A stretch of DNA of 64,000 bases from Acidobacteriota bacterium (GTDB lineage Bacteria > Acidobacteriota > UBA6911): contig OY761556.1 of assembly GCA_963664705.1 (NCBI GenBank), forward strand, positions 1,536,001 through 1,600,000, read 5' to 3'. The translations under genes and the position numbers were made by a program. Shown piece after piece: positions 8,002-17,523 of this stretch (the stretch's first letter is position 1; every line of letters starts with the position of its first letter). Below the pieces are notes generated by a model, which worked only from the letters and a program-made list of their open reading frames with translations, ran no database searches and was not told where the DNA came from.

Positions 8002-10860
8002 ATGGCTAACAATGCGGCACCTGATGTGCGGGTAAGGCTCAGCGCTGAAGGCGTGGCCGAAGTAGTCAAGGCGTTTAAACAGGTTCAAACCGAATCCGAG
8101 AAAACCAAAAAGGCTGGCGCAAGTTCGGGCGGCGCGATCGGGCAGCTTATGGGAAACCTGGGCGGCCTAAAATCGCTGATTCCCACCATAACCGTGGCCG
8201 GAATAATCACGGGCTTTGTGGCCATGGCAAAGGGCGCGCTGGATGCGGCGGCAGCCATCGGCAAAATGAATCAACGCACTGGGCTTTCAGTGCAAACCCT
8301 GAGTGTAATCGGTTATGCCGCGCAAAAAACCGGCAGTGACTTGGAAGTGGTAGAAAAGGGCTTTGTCAAATTTGATAAAGCCATGCTGCAGCTGGACAAT
8401 AACAGCAAAGCCACGCGGGATGCCCTGCAGGATTTAACGGGCAGCGCTGATTCACTGAATGGCCTTAACACGGATGAAAGGCTGAAAAAGGTAATTGATG
8501 CCCTGGCGCAAATGGAGCCCAGCTACAGGCGCACGGCACTGGCCCAGGAATTTTTTGGAAGGGGCGGCGCGCAACTGCTACCCATCATTGACAAGCTGGG
8601 CGGGGAAGGCTTCGCAAAGCTCCGCGAGGAAGCGGAAAAAGTGGGCCTGATGTATGACAAAAGTTTTATCCAGGCGGCCCGCCAGGCTAAAGCAGGCATG
8701 CGCCAGCTGCAGCTGGAAGCCAGGGGCATGGCCACACAATTTTCTGCTGGCCTTATTCCAGCCATATCTGATGCAGGCGCGGCGCTGATGGAAGCCACGG
8801 GCGGCAGTGGTATTAATGGCTTCAAAATGCTGGGAGAATTCGCGGGCAATGTTATCAAAACGATTATATCCGCACTTGTAAAAATCGGCCTTAACGCTAC
8901 CTGGATTTTTGGGCGCGTGGCCAGCCTTGGCACACGCACATTTGAGTTGATTAATAATGCCGCGCATGGCCGCATCAAGGTGGGCTGGGAAGCCTTCAAG
9001 CAGGGAATAATTAACGATTCCACGGCGCTGGATAAAACCCTGCAGGATAAATACGACAAATTCCAAATGGCCCTGGAGGGCAAAAAGCGCCTGAAGCCAG
9101 AGCCAGAGCCCGTGCAGGATGAGACGGACTACAGCTATAAGCCCGATGAAGGGAAGATAGAAAAGGCGCGCCGGGCCGCGCTGGCACTTGCGGAAGCTAA
9201 CCAGGATGCAGCCGCGCGCGTGGCGGCTGCCGAACTGAAGCAGCGCGAAGCGGAAGAAAAGGAAAAGTATGAAAAGGGCCTGGAATCCTTGAATGAATAC
9301 TACCAGGCGCGCCTGGATATGACGCGGGAGCAGGCCGCAAAAGAGGAAAAGGCCCTATACGACAAAATCCAGCAGCTGCAGAAAGCACCCCTGGGTAAGG
9401 ATGAATTGCAGGATGAGCGCCAGGCCGAAATTGTGAAAGCATCCGCAGATTACCAGGTGAAGGTGCTAGAAAATACGGCGGCGCTTAAGGCCCTGGAAGC
9501 GGAAAGGGCCAAAGAAATGGAAGACCTGCAGCAGAAGGCCCTGGAGTTTGAAAAGAAAATCCAGAAGGTGCAGGCCGATAGATACCGGGCCGCAAAGGCG
9601 GATATTGACGCCCAGGCGGCGGCCCTGGATGCGCTGCTGCAAAAGCAGGGCGTGGCACCTGCGCAGCGATCGCAGCGCGTGGAAGCCTTCCGGCAGGCTG
9701 GTTACCAGGAAATAGATTTCGGCCAGCTGCAGAATGATGGCGATAGAGCCATAAAGGAAATTGCAAACGCCAGGGCGGATATTAACCGGCAAGCCCAGGC
9801 GGGCCAGCTTACTGAAATGGAGCGAGAGCAGCAAATAGCAAATATGGAACGCGCGCGGCTGCCGATTCTGCAGGAAATTGCCAAAGCCCTATCAGGCACT
9901 GCCATAACGGATGAGCAACGCCAGGCCGCCGCTGATTTCCAGGTGCAGATTGAATCCATGGCTTTTAACCAGCAGCGCGACCTGGGCACCCAGGCCCTGC
10001 AGCAGCTGGACAGGGCGCGCCAGGATATCCAGCGCAAGGTACAGGAAGGGCAACTGTATGAATTCCAGGGTGAGGAACAAATCAGACAGCTGGAAATCCA
10101 GCGCCTGCCACTGCTGCAGCAGATAGCGGATGCAATGAAGGCGGCAGCCATCACGGATGAGCAGCGCCAGGCTGTGGCAGACTTCCAGGCGCAAATAGAC
10201 CAGCTGGCCACCAGCACCAATAAGGCGGCCCTGGAATCGGCAGCGTTTAAACGCGACGTGCAAGGCGCGCTTACATCCGATCTTACTAACTGGTTTTCAA
10301 GCGGCATAGACGGCGCTGAAAGCCTGGGGGATGCATTCAGGGGCCTGGCCGCCAGCGTGGTGCAATCGCTGCGGCAAATCGCTTCACAGATGCTGGCAAA
10401 CCTGCTTATCCAGAAAATGCTGGGCCTGGTGGGCGGAATTGCAGGCGGCGCACCTGCCGGCGGATCGGGCGGCGGATCTGCGCCCGTTTTCGTTGCCAGT
10501 GGCGGCCTGGTGCGCGGGCCTGGTACTGGCACCAGCGATAGCATAGCAGCCCGGCTTTCCGATTATGAATACGTGGTGCGCAGCGCGGTGGTAAGAAAGC
10601 CAGGCGTGCTGGAGTTTTTAAGCAGGCTTAATTCTGGCGGGCCAGTGGTGCGCACTCCCAAAAGTTACCGCTTCGCCCAGGGCGGACTGGTGGATGTAGC
10701 GGCATCTGGCAAGGGCGGGCAAGCAGGCATCACTGCAGTGCTGGGCCTAGATGAAGCACTGCTATTAAAGCGCGTGGAAGCTTCCCCAGAATTCAGCAGA
10801 GTAATTGTACGGACTGCCGCGAACAATCAAAAGGCAATGAACAATGCCCTGGGAAGGTAG
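8002..10860 (+). CDS. Phage tail tape measure protein
   Basis: N-terminal VRVRLSAEG, long Ala/Gln/Lys-rich helical body, FFGRGGAQLLP, and the typical TMP C-terminus ASGGLVRGPGTGTSDSIAARLSDYEYVVR...RFAQGGLV. Confidence 0.92.
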   Translation: MANNAAPDVRVRLSAEGVAEVVKAFKQVQTESEKTKKAGASSGGAIGQLMGNLGGLKSLIPTITVAGIITGFVAMAKGALDAAAAIGKMNQRTGLSVQTLSVIGYAAQKTGSDLEVVEKGFVKFDKAMLQLDNNSKATRDALQDLTGSADSLNGLNTDERLKKVIDALAQMEPSYRRTALAQEFFGRGGAQLLPIIDKLGGEGFAKLREEAEKVGLMYDKSFIQAARQAKAGMRQLQLEARGMATQFSAGLIPAISDAGAALMEATGGSGINGFKMLGEFAGNVIKTIISALVKIGLNATWIFGRVASLGTRTFELINNAAHGRIKVGWEAFKQGIINDSTALDKTLQDKYDKFQMALEGKKRLKPEPEPVQDETDYSYKPDEGKIEKARRAALALAEANQDAAARVAAAELKQREAEEKEKYEKGLESLNEYYQARLDMTREQAAKEEKALYDKIQQLQKAPLGKDELQDERQAEIVKASADYQVKVLENTAALKALEAERAKEMEDLQQKALEFEKKIQKVQADRYRAAKADIDAQAAALDALLQKQGVAPAQRSQRVEAFRQAGYQEIDFGQLQNDGDRAIKEIANARADINRQAQAGQLTEMEREQQIANMERARLPILQEIAKALSGTAITDEQRQAAADFQVQIESMAFNQQRDLGTQALQQLDRARQDIQRKVQEGQLYEFQGEEQIRQLEIQRLPLLQQIADAMKAAAITDEQRQAVADFQAQIDQLATSTNKAALESAAFKRDVQGALTSDLTNWFSSGIDGAESLGDAFRGLAASVVQSLRQIASQMLANLLIQKMLGLVGGIAGGAPAGGSGGGSAPVFVASGGLVRGPGTGTSDSIAARLSDYEYVVRSAVVRKPGVLEFLSRLNSGGPVVRTPKSYRFAQGGLVDVAASGKGGQAGITAVLGLDEALLLKRVEASPEFSRVIVRTAANNQKAMNNALGR

Positions 10861-10865
10861 AAAAT

Positions 10866-11141
10866 ATGATTCCGGCAACTACTCTGTTTTGGGTGATAGT
10901 GGCCGCGCTCTATGCGATTATCGGGGCATTCTGGGCAGGCGCTGCAAAGGTACACGGGGCAATACGCTGTATAGCGATCTTGAGCGGAGAAGTGAAAGAG
11001 GAATGGCCAGCGGCCCGCAATTATTACCATTGGATTAGGCCCTTGGGATTTTTCTTTCTGTGGCCGCTGTTTTGTTGGATCGCGGATTATAGAGTAGAAA
11101 AGGAACGGCGCGCCGAAGATAAGCGGCGCGCCGGGTCATAG
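10866..11141 (+). CDS. Small membrane protein
   Basis: Two hydrophobic segments; starts 5 nt after the TMP stop. Confidence 0.6.
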   Translation: MIPATTLFWVIVAALYAIIGAFWAGAAKVHGAIRCIAILSGEVKEEWPAARNYYHWIRPLGFFFLWPLFCWIADYRVEKERRAEDKRRAGS

Positions 11142-11186
11142 TTATTTGATTGTGCGGCCTTGGCTGCGGGCCAGGGCTGCATATTC

Positions 11187-11348
11187 CTACACTTCTTTTT
11201 CTTCGAAGCCGCACAATCGCGCGGCGCATTCCACCACGGTTTCTATATCCTTTTCCTGAAGCGCGGCCTTCATGCGGGCCAGGATGGCTTCGCGGGCCTT
11301 TCCCATTTCAATCAGTACCTCCACCAAGGGGCGTCTATCTTCGCTCAT
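11187..11348 (-). CDS. Small hypothetical protein (53 aa, MSEDRRPLVEVLIEMGK...), not in the ORF track
   Basis: ATG immediately follows the TAA of the upstream minus-strand ORF; read manually to a TAG at 11187. Confidence 0.5.
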   Translation of the reverse strand: MSEDRRPLVEVLIEMGKAREAILARMKAALQEKDIETVVECAARLCGFEEKEV

Positions 11349-11672
11349 TTAGCATCCTGTCCTGACGAAGTGCGTTATTCGGCTCACAGCAATCAATGCA
11401 TTTAATCCCTTTTCGGCCTTTGTGGACGCGGCAGGATTGAAGGCGCTCTGGAATTGTGACGGCCACAAGTGCAAGAACGATAGGGCATCCCGCTGGGCTG
11501 CGGAGATTCTAAGCAGCGCGCGCGATCGCGCGTAAGCATCTACCTTAGTTGGGCTCATTCCGGCAGCTTGTACCGTGAGGCCCGTAATATCAGTTTCGAA
11601 GTCTTCGACTCTGAAGGCTGCAGGATTGCGAAGAATCGCATTCTGAACTTTTAAAAGTAATCGGGTATTCAT
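11349..11672 (-). CDS. Hypothetical protein (MNTRLLLKVQ...)
   Basis: GGAGG RBS before ATG at 11672; upstream TTGACA..CAAGAT promoter-like sequence on the minus strand. Confidence 0.65.
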   Translation of the reverse strand: MNTRLLLKVQNAILRNPAAFRVEDFETDITGLTVQAAGMSPTKVDAYARSRALLRISAAQRDALSFLHLWPSQFQSAFNPAASTKAEKGLNALIAVSRITHFVRTGC

Positions 11673-11719
11673 TTTTGGTATTCCTCCGGATGTACCGAAG
11701 GCACGCGGGTATATAATGC

Positions 11720-11794
11720 GGACGGCGCGCTGCGTGCCCAAATCACGCGGTTCGCTAGGCCCTGGTGGGTGTTAGTAGCACTCCCAGGGCCGCC
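11720..11794 (+). ncRNA. Candidate cis-antisense/structured RNA (SymR-like hairpin)
   Basis: Hairpin GGCCCTGGTGGGTGTTAGTAGCACTCCCAGGGCC downstream of a + strand TATAAT at ~11712, overlapping the leader of the minus-strand gene. Confidence 0.4.
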
Positions 11795-11950
11795 AATCCC
11801 TACCATCTTGTTTGCTTGGGCCTGATTTTGTCAAGCTGGATACGTCCGATTTGTGCCCGCCATCACATTTTTCGTGCATAGCGGGAACAAGATGTTCCGA
11901 TATAATAAGCGGCATTCCTTAGCCCAATACGACCGTAAAGGAGGAAGCTT

Positions 11951-12562
11951 ATGTTCTGCCAGAAATGTGGGAAAGAGATTCCTGACCAATCGACCTTTTG
12001 CAATCATTGCGGCAATAAGAGCACGGATAATGCGGAAAAGAGCCAGAAGAAGAGCAGAAGCAGCGTTCTCCCCTGGGTACTTGTTCTTATTCTGGCAACT
12101 GCAGTGGTTGCGCTATGGCTCACAAGCGGAACAGTAAAGAAATCAGAGCCGGAAACGGCTGCTATGTCACAGGCAACTAAAGTGAGGGAACAAGTTTTTA
12201 TTCCGAAAGAAGATTCCCTTATTTCGGGAACCATAAACATTCCAGCTGGGAAGATACATGAAGCCCGAATCTTGATATCGGAAAAGATGCGCAATCCCAG
12301 GATAGTGGGCCATTTCAGCGCTTCCGGTGGATCGGGCAACGATGTTCAAGTGGTTCTCACGGATGAAGACAATTTCGTTAATTGGAAGAACGGGCACCAG
12401 GGCCGGGCTTTGTATAATACCGATAAGATTACCCAGGACTCAATTAACGCCAGAATTCCAGGGCCTGGAATTTACTATTTAGCCTTTAGTAATTCCTTTT
12501 CGACATTCACTGAAAAGCAGGTTACTGCAGACATCAAGCTGAAGTACGAAATTCTTCAATAG
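11951..12562 (+). CDS. Zinc-ribbon membrane protein
   Basis: MFCQKCG...FCNHCG zinc ribbon, one TM helix, beta-rich C-terminal domain; AAGGAGG RBS. Confidence 0.85.
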   Translation: MFCQKCGKEIPDQSTFCNHCGNKSTDNAEKSQKKSRSSVLPWVLVLILATAVVALWLTSGTVKKSEPETAAMSQATKVREQVFIPKEDSLISGTINIPAGKIHEARILISEKMRNPRIVGHFSASGGSGNDVQVVLTDEDNFVNWKNGHQGRALYNTDKITQDSINARIPGPGIYYLAFSNSFSTFTEKQVTADIKLKYEILQ

Positions 12563-12752
12563 AGAGATTAAACGGGTAAGCTCTTGAAAAAAAATCCGTT
12601 CCAGGATAAATTGTTGCCCGTGATGAGCACGAAAGAGCAACGGGCAATTCGGAATGGCAACCCCATACACCAGAATTTGACTTGTTGCGAAATTGGTGCG
12701 AATAGGAAATTGCAAAAACAGTAAGTCTATCAATTTCAATAAGATAGATTGA

Positions 12753-12827
<75 letters not shown>

Positions 12828-13243
12828 GCCAAATCAAACAAATCCAATCACTTACGGCGACACGAAAAAACGAGGAGAGAACGGGTTCCCTACTGGTGCA
12901 GCCAGGGTGCAGATTCTGATCGGTCTAGACTGGGTATCCAAACTCGCAGGGACAATGGATGCCAATATATTTCTCCCATGGCCGTTCCCACTGCAGGCCA
13001 CGGATTAAACAACAGCAAACCCTATTGAGCAATGTGATCGTGAAGCATTGGAGATATTCTGCGCAGTCCACCGTGAGATGAAGAATCTGTCCCAGGCGAT
13101 ATAGCGTCGGATGAGGGCAGCGTTTTTGCTGTTGAGTGTAGCAGGGGTGCAGATTTTTGCCTGATTCGAGGATGTACTTGATGCCAGATTTTAATAGAAA
13201 GCGTGTCCCATATATGGGACGCTGACGCAGAAGTTTAGATGAA

Positions 13244-13592
13244 ATGGAGTGGATTCCTGTTCGCTTTTACGGCTCCGCGCGGGATGTAATTCATGGTTGG
13301 CCGCTGGAGGTTAAGAAGGAATTAGGGTCAGTATTGACGAGACTTCAGAAAGGCGACTCCATTGGAATGCCTGATGTTCGGCCCATGCCCGATATCAGCC
13401 CGCAGGTTTCAGAGATCAGAATACCTGACAGGAGTGGAAATTGCAGAGCATTGTATGCAATCCGAACGAAATTTGGAATCTTGCTGTTCCACGCGTTCCA
13501 AAAAAAAGAGCCGCAAAACCTCCGAAAGGGAGAAGAAGACCGCGCGAACTCGACTTGAAGCTTTTTTGAAAGAACTTGAGGAAGGGCAATGA
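13244..13592 (+). pseudogene. RelE/HigB (Gp49-like) toxin, frameshifted at an A8 tract
   Basis: Frame 1 ends ...LLFHAFQKK; the expected tail SRKTSEREKKTARTRL..EGQ* is in another frame and ends overlapping the antitoxin ATG; one extra A at 13500-13507. Confidence 0.8.
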
Positions 13593-13891
13593 AACAAAAA
13601 AGGGAAGGCAGCAAAACCGTTACGGCGAAGACACCGAACGATATAGGACGGATACTGGGGCTTACTCCAGGGGATATTGCTCTTATGAAATACAAGACAG
13701 AGCTATCGCATCTGGCCGTCAAATCGATCCGGGAATCGGGACTCGCGCTCGGTGAAATTGTAAAAAGATCCGGGGTTGCTCGCTCGAAAGTGTCCGCGAT
13801 AAAAAACGGAGCAACTGTTTCTGTTTCCTGTGATCTGTTAGTGAAAATTATCGGTGCCACGGGCGTTGAAGTTCAACCCAATGCTGCCTAA
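13589..13891 (+). CDS. XRE-family HTH antitoxin (HigA-like)
   Basis: IVKRSGVARSKVSAIKNG..VSCDLL HTH; directly downstream of the toxin. Confidence 0.85.
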   Translation: MKQKREGSKTVTAKTPNDIGRILGLTPGDIALMKYKTELSHLAVKSIRESGLALGEIVKRSGVARSKVSAIKNGATVSVSCDLLVKIIGATGVEVQPNAA

Positions 13892-14029
13892 GATACCGCC
13901 AGGTCGTCCTCTCGAAAGAAAAAGGCTTTCCGATTCCGGACTGAAAACTCTGGTCCGCAATCTGGATGGATGGCTCTCAAATTCAGTGCTTGTCCAACCC
14001 AAGCCAGTTTGATTAAGGAGGAATTGAGG

Positions 14030-14647
14030 GTGAATTCCAAAAGAGTGGCGCCTGTTTATCAAATTAAAATTAGTCTGCGGGATACGGAACCCCCTGTTTG
14101 GAGGTGCATTCAGGTCCCATCGAGCTATAGTTTTTGGGATTTGCATGTCGCTATCCAGGATGCCATGGGTTGGACGGATTCCCATCTCCACATGTTTCGC
14201 GTCTCCTCCACAAATAAGCGGAAAGGGGTAAACATAGGGATTCCGGATGAGGACTTCGATGATATCCGGATCTTGGCCGGATGGGAAATCCCACTTTCCC
14301 TGCATTTCCGAGAACCTGGGGCCAAGGGAATCTATGAGTATGATTTTGGGGATAGCTGGGAGCACGACATTCTTCTTGAAGGAGTGCTCATTCCAGAGGT
14401 GGGGGCGAAATATCCGCGGTGCCTCGCGGGGGAGAATGCGTGTCCGCCTGAGGATTGCGGAGGGATTGGAGGATACTACAACCTTCTGGAAATCATTCGT
14501 GACCCGCTTCACGAAGAGTACGAAGAAAGTCTGATTTGGCTAAAGAGCATGGTTCCCGGAAATGTCCCGTTTGACTCGACGAAATTTGCTCCGGAAGAAG
14601 TTCATTTCAATAACCCGAAGAAGAGGCTCAGATCCCTTCACATCTGA
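14030..14647 (+). CDS. Plasmid pRiA4b ORF-3 family protein
   Basis: YQIKISL..PPVWR, LHVAIQDAMGWTDSHLHMF, YEYDFGDSWEH and ACPPEDCGG motifs. Confidence 0.92.
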   Translation: MNSKRVAPVYQIKISLRDTEPPVWRCIQVPSSYSFWDLHVAIQDAMGWTDSHLHMFRVSSTNKRKGVNIGIPDEDFDDIRILAGWEIPLSLHFREPGAKGIYEYDFGDSWEHDILLEGVLIPEVGAKYPRCLAGENACPPEDCGGIGGYYNLLEIIRDPLHEEYEESLIWLKSMVPGNVPFDSTKFAPEEVHFNNPKKRLRSLHI

Positions 14648-14835
14648 CGCGTACCGCAAGATGGTAGTTTCGCCCGGAATTTGCGAACTTGTAGCCAAAG
14701 GTTGATGGTTCATGAAGGATAGAAGTTCGGATTCCAAATATTCCATTAATATTCTATTAAGGGAGCGTGCTGCACCAGTTCGAGGAATATGCTGATTTTA
14801 CATAGCCGTGATTCAATGCCATAAACGCCTAAGTC

Positions 14836-14866
14836 CGTCGCCGGTTCGATCCCGGTCTCCCGCTCC
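14836..14866 (+). repeat. tRNA-Gly 3'-end fragment (att remnant, 31 bp)
   Basis: CGTCGCCGGTTCGATCCCGGTCTCCCGCTCC is identical to 12796-12826. Confidence 0.92.
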
Positions 14867-15283
14867 CAAAAGATAAAATCACTTATAACGATACGGAAAA
14901 ATTGAGGCGGAAGCGATTTTTGCTCCTGGGTGCAGATTCTTCCCAAATTAAACCCATACTGCAAGCATCGGGTGACACTTCATACCGGAGACATAGGTAA
15001 CGGTTTTGGTGCGAAACGCCCGCAGGTTCTAATCTACAGCTCGGCCGTGAGGCATGGGCGCAGGCTACATTGCCGATAACCTTTATCCGGCCCAGCGGAT
15101 GGGTAGTTTACTTCTCAATCGGGGGCCGTATCTCCAAAATCCAATCTGTATTTTAAATTTGGAAACACGGCCCAATGAACCCCATTTTAGCCAAGATAGC
15201 AGTACCTGCACATTTCCTATATGATTGTATGAGTCAATAAAGGCTTCTGAAATGAGCATCGTTGCTGATCAAACGAATTTGCG

Positions 15284-16573
15284 GTGAGGGAAATTAGGAT
15301 GTCGCATAATCCATTTAAGAACAGAAATGAAGACAGCGCATCACCGGCCAAGATTGGGAAACTGGGATGGCGATATCACTGCATCGCGAGCTGGTCTTTA
15401 CTCGCCCAGCTGTGCACCTGCGCGCTGCTCTCTGCACTGATCTGCCGCGCCCAGACGGCGCCCCCTATTGGTCCCATTCGGAGCATCGCTTCGAACGGCA
15501 GCTTTTCGATCGTTGTCAAAGCCGATGGTTCCGTAGTAGGGTGGGGACGAGATCCCGATGGACAGGCGGCTCGACAGCCGTCGCAAAAGCGCGTGATCAC
15601 CTCCCCGGAAACGATCAGCCTGCCAGGCAAAGTGCTGCAGGTGGCGCTTGGTGAAACTACGCAGTACGCGCTCCTTGAAGACGGTACGGTGATTGCGTGG
15701 GGGACAAACGATGAGGGCCAATTAGGTAATGGCCCTATGGGCGCCAGCGGAGAATTGGGCCGATACCCCAAACCATCGGTGACCCCGGTGCTCGTTACCG
15801 GCCTCACTGACATCATTCAGATTGCGGCAGGCTGGAAACACGCGGTTGCTTTGCGCAAGGATGGCACTGTATGGGCGTGGGGGAGACGTGATAACGGCGA
15901 GATCGGCGACGGCAAGCCCGAGGGGCTGAGTGCATTGCGAGCCATCGGACCTACTCGCGTTCCTGGCCTTGAAGGCATCACGCAAATTGCGGTGGCGCGA
16001 CCGCACAACCTTGCGCTCCGGGCCGATGGCCGCGTGGTGGCATGGGGCTCGAACAGGGACGGCGAACTCGGCAACGGTGGACGCCTGACGGGATGGACGC
16101 CGACGGAAGTGAGCGGCATTGATCGTGTCATCTCGATTGCTGCGGGCACTGGTGGCGGCAAAGGCCTTTCGGGTGCGATCCGAAGCGACGGCACGGTCTG
16201 GTTATGGGGAACCAATACCTCCGCGCAGATGGGCAATGGACTTGGGCCGCTGTCGCCTGACGATCCCGGCGGACGTGTGCTGCAACCTGTACCGGTGGCT
16301 GGAGTGGCCGGTGCGAAGAGCCTTACTATCGGCGATGGGCACATCGCGGTGCTGCTCCGCGATGGAACCCTCAGAATGTGGGGTCACGATGGCTGGGGCC
16401 AGATCGGAGTAGGCACATCGGGCTTCTACCACGATATTTATCTTGGCGGCCCACATTCATTCGCGGTTTGCACCGACGGGAAGCTCTGGGTCTGGGGCAA
16501 GAGCTTCATAGAGAATAGTCCCGGCCTGCTTGGGAAGAACCTTTATGCTCCAACTCAGCTCAACTTGCCCTGA
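15284..16573 (+). CDS. Secreted RCC1-repeat beta-propeller protein
   Basis: Repeated DGTVxAWGxNxxGQLGxG motifs; signal-peptide-like segment; start uncertain. Confidence 0.9.
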   Translation: MREIRMSHNPFKNRNEDSASPAKIGKLGWRYHCIASWSLLAQLCTCALLSALICRAQTAPPIGPIRSIASNGSFSIVVKADGSVVGWGRDPDGQAARQPSQKRVITSPETISLPGKVLQVALGETTQYALLEDGTVIAWGTNDEGQLGNGPMGASGELGRYPKPSVTPVLVTGLTDIIQIAAGWKHAVALRKDGTVWAWGRRDNGEIGDGKPEGLSALRAIGPTRVPGLEGITQIAVARPHNLALRADGRVVAWGSNRDGELGNGGRLTGWTPTEVSGIDRVISIAAGTGGGKGLSGAIRSDGTVWLWGTNTSAQMGNGLGPLSPDDPGGRVLQPVPVAGVAGAKSLTIGDGHIAVLLRDGTLRMWGHDGWGQIGVGTSGFYHDIYLGGPHSFAVCTDGKLWVWGKSFIENSPGLLGKNLYAPTQLNLP

Positions 16574-16845
16574 CGCATCCGCTGCTTTCTCCCCTGTCAG
16601 GCTTGCCGTCGACGTACTCCAGTACAATGTAATCCGGGCCTATGTCGAAAAGCTGGCAAATATAAAGGTGATTTAGTGCGGCGATGCGGACAATTATCAA
16701 TTGCCGGCTTCTATGGGTCGAAGAAGGATGGTCTGTACTCCATTAAGAACATGGTTTTCGCGGACCCGCATAAACAGGGCGTATTCTGATCATCGAAAAT
16801 CAACACCATGCAACCTATGTTATGTATTTTCAATGTTGAGTCAAT

Positions 16846-16894
16846 TTCCCAAGCTGGACGTTGCCGGTTCGATCCCGGTCTCCCGCTCCAGCCA
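16846..16894 (+). repeat. tRNA-Gly 3'-half fragment from the anticodon loop (att remnant, 49 bp, 1 mismatch)
   Basis: TTCCCAAGCTGGACGTTGCCGGTTCGATCCCGGTCTCCCGCTCCAGCCA matches 12783-12831. Confidence 0.92.
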
Positions 16895-16914
16895 GATCAA
16901 ATAAATCAAATAAC

Positions 16915-17118
16915 TTAGCGGAACGAGGAAGAAGCGGGAAGGGAAGCTCTGCGAGTCCGGTTGCGTCTGGGTGGCGCTTTCTGGCTAATGAGAGAAAGAC
17001 CCGTATGGCCATCCGCAGCAGTTTGCACGATAAAATCTCTGTCTTCCAGATATGCTCCAATGCTTTCGCGAAGGGATGGATCATCATCGATAATCAGTAC
17101 GCCGGTGGATGGTTTCAT
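16915..17118 (-). pseudogene. Truncated response regulator receiver domain
   Basis: VLIIDDDPSLRESIGAYLED...AADG..GL start; similarity is lost before the phospho-acceptor Asp, next to the att remnant. Confidence 0.75.
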
Positions 17119-17516
17119 AATCTATCCTCGCAATGTACGGTTTCCAGCAATGTTTTCAGGGCTGCTTCCAATTCGGATATATTCAACAGAGGTTTTCGGA
17201 AAACCTTGCCGCAAATACGAGGTACATTTACAAAGCTCTGAGGAAGCTCGTAGTCCAGCGAACCCGTGCAAATTAAGAAAACGATATTCGGATTAAGATT
17301 TGTTGCTGCTTTTATGAAATCATCGCCGGTCATTCCTCCCATGCGTGTATCAACAATCGCAGCGGAAGCCGGCCGAGCCCGAAGCTGATTCAATGCTGTT
17401 TCTGCGCTTTCACATGAAAGAACACTCCATCCACGATCTTCAAAGAATGCAGACAGGCTTATTCGAATGGACTCGTCATCATCAATCACCAGAATCAACG
17501 ATTCTTCACGGGTCAT
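17115..17516 (-). CDS. Single-domain response regulator
   Basis: ILVIDDD, IVDTRM (phospho-Asp), CTG and KP motifs. Confidence 0.92.
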   Translation of the reverse strand: MTREESLILVIDDDESIRISLSAFFEDRGWSVLSCESAETALNQLRARPASAAIVDTRMGGMTGDDFIKAATNLNPNIVFLICTGSLDYELPQSFVNVPRICGKVFRKPLLNISELEAALKTLLETVHCEDRL

Positions 17517-17523
17517 AAAATCC

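Noticed and set aside
13500-13509. Programmed -1 frameshift at A-AAA-AAG in the toxin
   Set aside because: Restoring the conserved C-terminus needs a +1 (or -2) shift, not -1.
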